Of a stretch of 64,000 nt of DNA, positions 34,891-42,764 are shown piece by piece. The translations under genes were made by a program, and so were the position numbers. Numbering within the stretch: position 1 is the first letter of the stretch; the number at the start of each line of letters is the position of its first letter. Origin of the DNA: a virus (Duplodnaviria; Caudoviricetes); the IMG/VR virus record IMGVR_UViG_3300027374_000458, positions 1 to 64,000 of that record; one strand, given 5' to 3'. The notes below the pieces were generated by a model. The model ran no database searches. It was not told the DNA's origin and saw only the letters and a list, made by a program, of their open reading frames with translations.

Positions 34891-35496
34891 ATGGACTATA
34901 AGCAATTAAAAGAACTTCTGTTCCAGCACGAGTGTGAGCACCCTGAGACCCATCTGACCGCCTATATCACGTTTGCCTCCTTTGGCCCCAACAATAAAAA
35001 GGAGTATCCCTGGAACAGCCGCACCTATGTCATTTCCAGCGACAACAAGGCGTTCCAGCCCAACAAGGGCGGTTACTCCATCTTTGGGAGCTGTCTGGAC
35101 GGCACTGACCCCTGCCTCCGCCTGGAAGGGCTGATGGCTGCGGAGTGCGCCGGAAAAGACGGCTGGGTTGTGGAGGACTGTGGTATCGCTGGCTATCTGC
35201 TGATTGAGAGCAGTGAATGCATCATTCCTGCACCGAAGCTGTTTTACAGCTACAGCGATGCGCTGGGGTGTATGCTGACCCGGCTGGCCGAGGAAACCGG
35301 ACGGGAAGCTGAGCAGGTGAAGAAAGATTACGATGAAGCAAAGGCGCTGTTTGATGGCACCTATGATTCCGGTTGGGGCGCCTCCTGTTTGGATGGTTCT
35401 GGCGTGAGCTGGATCTGGAAGATTCAACCTGCCTGCATCTATGGGGTAATGAACATAGTGTTTCCGCAGCTGAAAAACAAATCATGCCTTATGTAG
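34891..35496 (+). CDS. Hypothetical protein
   Basis: RTYVISSDNKAF...GYSIFGSCLDGTDPCLRLE, a motif typical of Firmicute MGE proteins. Confidence 0.7.
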   Translation: MDYKQLKELLFQHECEHPETHLTAYITFASFGPNNKKEYPWNSRTYVISSDNKAFQPNKGGYSIFGSCLDGTDPCLRLEGLMAAECAGKDGWVVEDCGIAGYLLIESSECIIPAPKLFYSYSDALGCMLTRLAEETGREAEQVKKDYDEAKALFDGTYDSGWGASCLDGSGVSWIWKIQPACIYGVMNIVFPQLKNKSCLM

Positions 35497-35546
35497 ACAG
35501 AGATAATCGTATCTACAGCAATTTTATTGTATAAGGAGCGTGTACG

Positions 35547-36497
35547 ATGAATTTTGAACGATTTGACAAGCTGGCCCGTACCGACCGAGTGGTTCTGCTC
35601 ACGGCGCTGGAGTTGTTGTGGCAGAATGGCCGTGCAATGATCCAGTCTGAGGATGTATCCAAACTGACCGCAGGCTGTGTGTCCAGCCTGGGCGGCTTTT
35701 ACACAGAAGAAAAACTCCGGGAGATTGTAGATATCTGTAAAGATCTGGCCCATTGGGGGACGGCAGACCTGATCCGCTGTCTCCGGTGCGGAGGTATGGA
35801 GATAAAGGCCCCTAATGCGGAAAAAGAAGGGATCTGCCCCATCTGCAGCGGTGACCTGGAGTATGGAGATGATGAACCTCTGGATGATGGTGGTGTCCGC
35901 GACTGGACGTGTCTCAGCTGCGGAGCCACTGGAAAAGAGGGCTACAGCAAAGTGTTCGACCAGCACTATGATGTACGGGATGGAGATGGAAATCCATATT
36001 CTCCCCCATCGAACGACATTGTGTGTGCTATGGACCCTGCGCCGTCTCCCTGTGCGCCAAAACTGCTGATGATGGGTCAAGAGAGTATCAATGCACTGCC
36101 GCAGGGAGACGTTGAGCAGATGAACGTCTATTTCCCCAGAGAGGATTGGAACCTGTATTTTTGGGGTTTTACCTGCTTCTCCCGCCAGAACTACTCCAAA
36201 ACTGTTTCGCTGGGCTGCATGGATGAAGTCATGCTGGGCGTCCAGTGTATTGAGGGCGGCACTCTGGGTGAGTTGGCTATCCGCTGGCACACACTCGGCG
36301 GAAAGCCGGTTCCCAGGCTGGAGGTGTACAACGATGCGTGGCAGATCATGCAGACCCCCACCTTCGCAGCGGTTATGAAGGAGCTGACCCAAATGAGCCG
36401 TCATCATGACCCCATGCCGGATGAAGTGTCTGCCCTGCTGATCGCTCATGGTTTTACAGATCAGTCTGATTATCCCCTGATAGCAAAGCATGACTGA
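35547..36497 (+). CDS. Multidomain hypothetical protein with a Zn ribbon
   Basis: RBS AAGGAG; CPIC...CLSC. Confidence 0.7.
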   Translation: MNFERFDKLARTDRVVLLTALELLWQNGRAMIQSEDVSKLTAGCVSSLGGFYTEEKLREIVDICKDLAHWGTADLIRCLRCGGMEIKAPNAEKEGICPICSGDLEYGDDEPLDDGGVRDWTCLSCGATGKEGYSKVFDQHYDVRDGDGNPYSPPSNDIVCAMDPAPSPCAPKLLMMGQESINALPQGDVEQMNVYFPREDWNLYFWGFTCFSRQNYSKTVSLGCMDEVMLGVQCIEGGTLGELAIRWHTLGGKPVPRLEVYNDAWQIMQTPTFAAVMKELTQMSRHHDPMPDEVSALLIAHGFTDQSDYPLIAKHD

Positions 36498-36597
36498 TTG
36501 CAATCTTTCAAACCCGGTCTGATGCCTGTTCAGACAATCTATGGCACAGGCGTTAACAAGTATCTGTGTAATGCGAGTTTGCGAGGAGGTATAAGCA

Positions 36598-36915
36598 ATG
36601 CAGAAAGTGTTCAACATTCCGAAAACAGACGTAGATAGGTATAACAAGCTGATGCAGGCCAGCCAGGTAGACTATGAAGAAAACGACATCCCCTGTTATA
36701 CCACAGTAAAAACCTGGTCGGTTGACTTAGGCGATGGCTACGAAGCAGACCTCAAAGCCTGTTCCTCGAACTACGGTGATCTGTTATGGTGTGAAGGTGT
36801 GCTGTTCTTGCACGGAAGTGAGTGCGGCTGTACTGAGGTATCAGACAACTTGTTGGGAGAATATTGGTTTGGGCATAACGGAAAACAATTTACAATCGTT
36901 GTTCAGGCAGAGTAA
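36598..36915 (+). CDS. Hypothetical protein
   Basis: RBS GAGGAGGT. Confidence 0.7.
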   Translation: MQKVFNIPKTDVDRYNKLMQASQVDYEENDIPCYTTVKTWSVDLGDGYEADLKACSSNYGDLLWCEGVLFLHGSECGCTEVSDNLLGEYWFGHNGKQFTIVVQAE

Positions 36916-36947
36916 GAAGAAAGAGAACCATCTCTACTAAATTTACA

Positions 36948-37259
36948 TTGGCAGAAGAAATAAGGGGGGCGACGAGCATAAAAGAGGCAAAGCAAATTCT
37001 AAGCCGCATAACTGAAGCGCTGGCTACTGGCAGGTCTGCTTTCATGACAGATGGCACTGTGACACGCAAGATAATCATGGTGGAAATTACCAATCCAGGC
37101 CTTGCATACGGCAGTGAAAGTACGCTTGATGTGCAGATTAAAGATGGAAGCCGGAAACAGCTCCCTATAAAGTGGCCGTGGGATGAATTGGTTGAATATG
37201 GTCTGGCTGATTTGAACGATGGACTGTATATCGCGCCAGATTGGTGGATTGCGCTGTAG
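36948..37259 (+). CDS. Hypothetical protein
   Basis: Operon position; weak RBS. Confidence 0.45.
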   Translation: MAEEIRGATSIKEAKQILSRITEALATGRSAFMTDGTVTRKIIMVEITNPGLAYGSESTLDVQIKDGSRKQLPIKWPWDELVEYGLADLNDGLYIAPDWWIAL

Positions 37260-37271
37260 GAGGTGATATGC

Positions 37272-37541
37272 GTGTACGCAATTCAAAACATTGAGACTGG
37301 AGAGTTTCTGTTTGGCACAGACTTTGGCTACGGCCCCAATTCATGCCGACAAAAAACCAGCCTGGAGCAGATGCTGACCTTTGACTGCCTGCGCCGCGCA
37401 AAGGTGGACTTTATCCACCGCCAGTGCGGAAACGACTATCGGATCGTCAGGATCAAACCGCCCGAAATAGAGTGTGCCATCGCCTTCGACACTTCGGACG
37501 GCTATGATTGCAATGTGTGGGAGGAAACTCCCCAGAAATAG
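37272..37541 (+). CDS. Hypothetical protein
   Basis: RBS AGGAGG with GTG start. Confidence 0.6.
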   Translation: MYAIQNIETGEFLFGTDFGYGPNSCRQKTSLEQMLTFDCLRRAKVDFIHRQCGNDYRIVRIKPPEIECAIAFDTSDGYDCNVWEETPQK

Positions 37542-37597
37542 CGGGCAGCCTGTAAATTAGACGCCTGCCGCACAATAAAATTAAGGAGGATTCCATA

Positions 37598-38143
37598 ATG
37601 GAACAGGAACAGATCAAAAAAATGTGTGACGCGACAGATGACAAGCCGTTTCAGGCTTTTCTGCGTGACGAGGGATGGAAATACGATACGGAGGACGATA
37701 TCCTGACGGCATACACCAGAAAGGTAAAGAGTTATCAGGGCACTCCTCTTACGGAAGACGAATTTCTGTCAGAATTGGGCATCAAATACACGCTTGAGGG
37801 GCGCCAGTTATACGCCAAACTGTATCCGCTTGTGCAAACCGGTGCGCTAAAGGCTTTCAATCTCTATGAATACGCACGCTTTAAGTGGTGTCTGCGTCAC
37901 CCGGAGGCTGTTATCGCCTGTGAAACCGGGCCAAAACGCTGGGTAGTCAATAACTGCGGAGAGGAAATCTCTACAGACCGTGCAAAGCAGATCATCAGCA
38001 ATCAATGGGGCTTTGATATTGGACGGATTGAGATAGTTGGCACACCCTACTATGACGCATCAGACTGGAATTTCATTCGGTTCCGCTGTGCAGGCGTGGA
38101 TTGGGTCATGCACAACGACTCCCTGGACCAAATTTATCAGTGA
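37598..38143 (+). CDS. Hypothetical protein
   Basis: RBS AAGGAGG. Confidence 0.7.
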   Translation: MEQEQIKKMCDATDDKPFQAFLRDEGWKYDTEDDILTAYTRKVKSYQGTPLTEDEFLSELGIKYTLEGRQLYAKLYPLVQTGALKAFNLYEYARFKWCLRHPEAVIACETGPKRWVVNNCGEEISTDRAKQIISNQWGFDIGRIEIVGTPYYDASDWNFIRFRCAGVDWVMHNDSLDQIYQ

Positions 38144-38157
38144 ACAGGAGGATTCGG

Positions 38158-38586
38158 ATGAAGGAATTAGCGATTAAACGGGAGCTGAACGAGGAAACCC
38201 GCAAAGAGTCGGTATGGTGTCAAATGGACGGCGCAATAGAGTGCTTTTCACTCCACATTACCGAGAAGAAGGAAGTGATTCTTACAGACCATACAGATTA
38301 CAGTAAGATTTACAGCATTCAAACCCTGGAATTTTATCAGGCGTTAGAGAGAGCAGGTAACAGCATACAGGTCGATCACATAAAGCCGTATATCCAGAAC
38401 TACGCAAGGGCCTCAGCCGCCTATATGGAGGCGGTTGCCAAGTGCCGGGTGGATTCTCCCAACGGCGACAAAGTTATGGAGACCTGTCCGCTTGAGGAGT
38501 TTAAGGCCTGCGGCAGAGCCATGAAAGAGCTGCTGCGTGCTGCACTTGACGCAGAGGGCTTTACTACCACTAAAATCATTCTATAA
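38158..38586 (+). CDS. Hypothetical protein
   Basis: RBS AGGAGG. Confidence 0.65.
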   Translation: MKELAIKRELNEETRKESVWCQMDGAIECFSLHITEKKEVILTDHTDYSKIYSIQTLEFYQALERAGNSIQVDHIKPYIQNYARASAAYMEAVAKCRVDSPNGDKVMETCPLEEFKACGRAMKELLRAALDAEGFTTTKIIL

Positions 38587-38607
38587 AGCAACCAAGATAT
38601 GATCCTG

Positions 38608-38640
38608 AGAGGCGGGGCGCAGATTCTGTGCCCCGCCTCT
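38608..38640 (+). terminator. GC-rich hairpin
   Basis: AGAGGCGGGGCGCA-GATTC-TGTGCCCCGCCTCT. Confidence 0.55.
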
Positions 38641-38716
38641 TGATATATCATCTGTTATTGAAACTCGCCATTCCCCGCCTATCTTGTGATTACAATTCAA
38701 AAAAAGGAGCCTTACT

Positions 38717-39232
38717 ATGGACATAAAAATCATATGCGATGAAATGAAGCGGCTGGATCAGATTTCTGGTTTGGACACGAGTGCTATCCCTGTACGCATA
38801 TCTTCCAGAATGACCTGCGGCTGGGGTAAGTGCAGCTATATCTGCGAGAGAAAAAAATATAAGATTAAAGAATTGGTTTTTGCTGAGCGCCTGTTGAGGT
38901 ATGGGACAATGGAGCATATCCTGAACGCGATCCGCCATGAATACGCCCACGCATATGTGATGCTGACATACAACAAAAAGCACGGCCATGATGCGGTCTG
39001 GAAGCGGGCGGCGCTGCGGTTTGGTTGTAACGCCCAACGGTGTGAGAACTTTGATGAGGTGGACAGCATTTATCAATATAAGGTAATCTGTCAAGGTTGC
39101 GGAAGCGTCTCCCATTATCGGAGAAAAGTGGGAATTGTGCAGGAATTGGAGAGAAATCCAAACACGGTGAAATTCTATTGCAAAAAATGCAAGAGCCGCA
39201 ATTTTCTGTTGGAGTCGGCTGAAAATTTCTGA
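38717..39232 (+). CDS. SprT-like zinc metalloprotease
   Basis: HEYAH, HGHDAVWK, C-terminal CxxC...CxxC. Confidence 0.85.
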   Translation: MDIKIICDEMKRLDQISGLDTSAIPVRISSRMTCGWGKCSYICERKKYKIKELVFAERLLRYGTMEHILNAIRHEYAHAYVMLTYNKKHGHDAVWKRAALRFGCNAQRCENFDEVDSIYQYKVICQGCGSVSHYRRKVGIVQELERNPNTVKFYCKKCKSRNFLLESAENF

Positions 39233-39339
39233 TCTGATACACTCCTTCTCTTTTCCTCTAATCGACTTGATAAGTAAAAGGGATTGTGGTAAACTATATA
39301 ATCAGAGATTAAATGAAGCGCCAGAAAGGAGTGCGTTGT

Positions 39340-39591
39340 ATGTCCGCATTGGAAAATCAGATTCTTCAGTCTCTTAGCGGCCTGTCTGATGACAGTCTGC
39401 ACTTCATACTTGATATGATACAAAGGTTTGTTGTTCCTTCGGAGACCAGAGCCGTCCAGAGAGATACTTTGGCGCGACCGAGCGTTCGCAGGCTTGGAAG
39501 TATGAAGGGGCAAAAGTTTGTTTCGGATGGTCATGAGATAGATGACTATGACGATGAGATTGCGCAGATGTTTGGAGCTGTGACCGAATGA
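39340..39591 (+). CDS. Putative antitoxin (DUF2281/VapB-like)
   Basis: 83 aa, acidic tail RRLGSMKG...DDYDDEIAQMF; ATGA overlap with the PIN gene; promoter TTGATA-17-TAAACT upstream. Confidence 0.75.
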   Translation: MSALENQILQSLSGLSDDSLHFILDMIQRFVVPSETRAVQRDTLARPSVRRLGSMKGQKFVSDGHEIDDYDDEIAQMFGAVTE

Positions 39592-39992
39592 GAGTTCTGA
39601 TTGACACCCACATCGCTATATGGTCTGTGCTGGATGATCCGAAGCTGTCAAAGACGGCAAGAGACATTCTCCTGAGTAGTGAGAATGAAATATATTATAG
39701 TTCCGCCTCTATCTGGGAAATCACGATCAAGCATATGGCGCATCCAGAGACATTCCTTTATAGCGGCTATCATCTTGCAAAAGGCTGTGATGAAAACGGA
39801 TTCATCACACTACCGGTTTTGAATCACCATTCGTTTGCTCTGGAAACCCTGAAGAGACCGGAAAATGCGCCGCGTCATAACGATCCGTTTGACCGGATTA
39901 TGCTTGCCCAGGCTAAGGCCGAGGGGATGAAGTTCTTGACACACGACTCGCTAATCCCGTACTATAATGAGCCGTTTGTTATCCTGGTCTGA
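39588..39992 (+). CDS. vapC: VapC-family PIN toxin
   Basis: LIDTH, SASIWEITIK, HNDPFDRIMLAQA, FLTHD. Confidence 0.92.
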   Translation: MRVLIDTHIAIWSVLDDPKLSKTARDILLSSENEIYYSSASIWEITIKHMAHPETFLYSGYHLAKGCDENGFITLPVLNHHSFALETLKRPENAPRHNDPFDRIMLAQAKAEGMKFLTHDSLIPYYNEPFVILV

Positions 39993-40031
39993 TATAGAGC
40001 AGGCGGTTTTCTTTTGGTTTATCAAGTGTTA

Positions 40032-40069
40032 AAAAAATCTTCTGTGGCACTCGCCACAGAAGATTTTTT
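40032..40069 (+). terminator. Bidirectional terminator
   Basis: AAAAAATCTTCTGTGGC...GCCACAGAAGATTTTTT. Confidence 0.75.
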
Positions 40070-40128
40070 ATTTCTGTTGAAGAAAGCGTGTAATTTCCGT
40101 ATAAAAGGATATAAGGAGGAATTTAACT

Positions 40129-41043
40129 ATGTTAATTGCAATCGACCACGGAAACCGGCTCTGCAAAGGAGCCCATATGGAACCCTTCATCTCAGGACTG
40201 ACAGAGAGCGAGGTTGAGCCATTCGGCCCGAATGTGTTGAAGTACCGAAGCAGGTATTATCAGCTCACCGATCAGCGCATCCCCTACCGCCGGGACAAAA
40301 CGGAAGATGACAGGTTTTTTATCCTGACACTGTTCGGCATCGCCAAGGAGATTGAGGCCCAGCACAGCTACTATCCCGGCATTATCCGCGTCCAGCTTGC
40401 AGTGGGGCTGCCTCCGGCACATTATGGGGCGCAGTACGAGGCATTTACCCGGTATTTTTCCGGGCGGGGCGCTGTAACCTTCACCTACAACAGAAAGCCC
40501 TACTCTATCAGTATTGATGATGTGGCCTGTTTCCCGCAGTCCTACGCTGCAGCTGTAACCGTCATGCAGGCCCTCGCGACCGAACCCCTGGCCCTCATTT
40601 TGGATGTTGGCGGCATGACTGCGGATTACCTGCGAATCAAGAGGGGTGAAGGCGATCTATCTGTTTGCGATTCCATGGAAAATGGTGTCATTATGCTTTA
40701 CAACAAGATCATCACCAAGGTGAGAGCGGAACAGGATCTGCTGCTGACGGAGGATGTGATCGACGCCATTTTGCTGGATCAGCCTTCCCAAGGGCTGGAG
40801 GATGTAAAGCCTGTGGTAAAGAAACTCGCAAAGGAATTTGTGTCAGACCTGCTTAGCGCCATGCGAGAGCGGCAGCTGGAGTTAAAGGCTGGCCCGGTGG
40901 TCTTTGTGGGCGGCGGCTCCATTCTGCTCCGAAAACAGATTGAAGCATCTGGAAAGGTTGCGCGTCCCATGTTTGTAGACGATATTCGTGCCAACGCCAA
41001 AGGCTATGAGCTGCTTTATAAGCTGTCCAGGGACGGCAGGTGA
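40129..41043 (+). CDS. parM: ParM/StbA actin-like partition ATPase
   Basis: IAIDHGNRLCK, VGLPPAHY, LDVGGMT, VFVGGGS, ANAKGY. Confidence 0.9.
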   Translation: MLIAIDHGNRLCKGAHMEPFISGLTESEVEPFGPNVLKYRSRYYQLTDQRIPYRRDKTEDDRFFILTLFGIAKEIEAQHSYYPGIIRVQLAVGLPPAHYGAQYEAFTRYFSGRGAVTFTYNRKPYSISIDDVACFPQSYAAAVTVMQALATEPLALILDVGGMTADYLRIKRGEGDLSVCDSMENGVIMLYNKIITKVRAEQDLLLTEDVIDAILLDQPSQGLEDVKPVVKKLAKEFVSDLLSAMRERQLELKAGPVVFVGGGSILLRKQIEASGKVARPMFVDDIRANAKGYELLYKLSRDGR

Positions 41044-41426
41044 TGACCGTGAGGGAACGGAAATATCTGGGCCGCTTCACGCTTCAATTCAATGTAGAAG
41101 ACCCCCAGCAGCGGACGGCAGCGGAAATTTTGGGGCAGCAAGGGCGTCGAAAAGCGCAGTTCCTCACCAGTGCAATTTTGCAGTATATCAAGCACCCCAA
41201 TGGCCCAGATCAACTTACTGCCTCTAACGGCATAGACATGTCTGTGCTAAAACTTATGATGCTGGAAATCCTGCAGAGCGACCCGCAGTTTTCATCAGGT
41301 ATTCGCAAAGAGCAAGAAAGAGAGCCGAGCGGTTCTGAAGTTCAAGCGATTGCCTGGGGCGAACCTGTTTCTGACAGCGTATTGTCTGCTATGTCAAACA
41401 CGCTGGCTGCCTTTAGAGGAAAATGA
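41040..41426 (+). CDS. ParR-like adaptor (putative)
   Basis: Small gene overlapping the parM stop; RFTLQFN...KAQFLTSAILQY is ribbon-helix-helix-like. Confidence 0.6.
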   Translation: MMTVRERKYLGRFTLQFNVEDPQQRTAAEILGQQGRRKAQFLTSAILQYIKHPNGPDQLTASNGIDMSVLKLMMLEILQSDPQFSSGIRKEQEREPSGSEVQAIAWGEPVSDSVLSAMSNTLAAFRGK

Positions 41427-41459
41427 AAATCAGGAGGGTATGGCTACCCTCCTGATTTT
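41426..41459. terminator. Bidirectional terminator
   Basis: Perfect 15-bp stem AAAATCAGGAGGGTA-TGGC-TACCCTCCTGATTTT. Confidence 0.8.
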
Positions 41460-41675
41460 TTAATTCTTGAATTGGATAACCGGAATCTGTTTGACCTTTT
41501 TCCCGACAGTCCGCCGCCCCAGGGTGAAAACCATATCAGATGTGCGTTCAAAAAAACTTACATCTTTTTTCCAGCTCATGCCGCACTTGCAATGTTGCAG
41601 GCCGATAAACTGTTGTTTCATTTTTCTGCCGCAGCTTGGACATACCTTATTGCTGAAACCCATAGTTACGGACAA
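41460..41675 (-). CDS. Small Zn-ribbon protein
   Basis: CPSCG...HCKCG. Confidence 0.6.
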   Translation of the reverse strand: MSVTMGFSNKVCPSCGRKMKQQFIGLQHCKCGMSWKKDVSFFERTSDMVFTLGRRTVGKKVKQIPVIQFKN

Positions 41676-41678
41676 ATA

Positions 41679-42011
41679 TCATTGTCCCAGATCGAGACCC
41701 AGAGCCTCCGCAATCTGTTCCGGAGTCTTTCCGGCCTTTTGCGCCTGCTTCAGGATAGCCTCCATTTTCTGTTTTTTTGTCATGCGGGGCTTGCGGGCAG
41801 GTTTGGGAGCGAGAATGGCTGCTTTTTTATCTTCCAGGCCTTTTATCTTGGTACGAACCGCCTCAATCTTTTCGTCATACTCTTTGGCAGCGGCTTGCTT
41901 TTTTCCCTCAAGCTCAGTAATCACTGCTTCCTGTTTGCGGATCTGTTCATCTACCGCTTCAGCTAATTGCTCCGGGGTACGGCGAACGCGCTTGGCACTA
42001 CTTTCTGACAT
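41679..42011 (-). CDS. Basic coiled-coil protein
   Basis: RBS AGGAGG; Lys/Ala/Glu heptads; tail GKTPEQIAEALG. Confidence 0.7.
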   Translation of the reverse strand: MSESSAKRVRRTPEQLAEAVDEQIRKQEAVITELEGKKQAAAKEYDEKIEAVRTKIKGLEDKKAAILAPKPARKPRMTKKQKMEAILKQAQKAGKTPEQIAEALGLDLGQ

Positions 42012-42131
42012 GGCTCCAGCCTCCTGTGTTAAAGAATAATTGAACTATAGCATATCTCCCAGCACATTTCAATCAATACTCAAAAATTTTCTCTCTTTCA
42101 CCTTTTGTGTTGATAATTACTTGCAAATATA

Positions 42132-42498
42132 TAGAGCCGGCAGATAAACAGTTCACCATTATCTTTACAGATGTGACCGCCGGACAGTGGTATACAAACG
42201 CTGTGATATGGGCAAATCAAAATGGCATCGTGGGCGGCTATGGAAACGGAATGTTCGGCCCCAACGACAACATCACCCGTGAGCAGTTGGCCGTCATGCT
42301 CTGGCGGTATGCCGGAAGCCCCACCGCCACCGATAAGGAGCTGCACTTCACCGATGCGGATGAAGCTGGCGGCTGGGCGCTGGACGCCCTGCGCTGGGGA
42401 ACGGGAAACGGCATTCTCAACGGATATGGCGATCCAGGGGGCTGGCGACCCGCGCTCAGGTAGCGCAGATGCTGATGAATTTTTTGAAGGACAAATAA
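42132..42498 (+). pseudogene. 3' fragment of an S-layer homology (SLH) domain gene, frameshifted
   Basis: FTDV...WY..AVIWANQNGIVGGYGNGMFGPNDNITREQLAVMLWRYA; frameshift near 42440 into GLATRAQVAQMLMNFLKDK*; no 5' part or RBS. Confidence 0.8.
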
Positions 42499-42506
42499 AG
42501 TGCTGA

Positions 42507-42535
42507 AACGCGGGGCGGGGCAGCCGCCCCGCGTT
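42507..42535 (+). terminator. Hairpin after the SLH fragment
   Basis: AACGCGGGGCGG-GGCAG-CCGCCCCGCGTT. Confidence 0.6.
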
Positions 42536-42718
42536 CTCTATACGCCGCTTTGCAGATTGTGTCGAAAATGCGTCTCAGGTTTGACCTATTGGCAAATCCA
42601 GTGAAGTTTTGATCCTTGCAGAATGTGTAGAATGATAAAAATGGTTTATTCCAATCCGATCAAGCCATTATAAGGCAAACGGGATGAAATGTGAGATATT
42701 GTTGGCTATGCAACGCGC

Positions 42719-42764
42719 AAAAACCGGGGGCACTTCACGTAGATATAGTGCCCCCGGTTTTTTT
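42719..42764 (-). terminator. Terminator of the minus-strand arm
   Basis: AAAAACCGGGGGCAC...GTGCCCCCGGTTTTT. Confidence 0.75.

Noticed and set aside
35439-36647. 402-aa antisense ORF, and other long shadow ORFs such as 23349-24341, 16021-16725 and 57690-region plus-strand ORFs
   Set aside because: They lie opposite genes with RBSs and recognisable motifs, and they have no motifs of their own.
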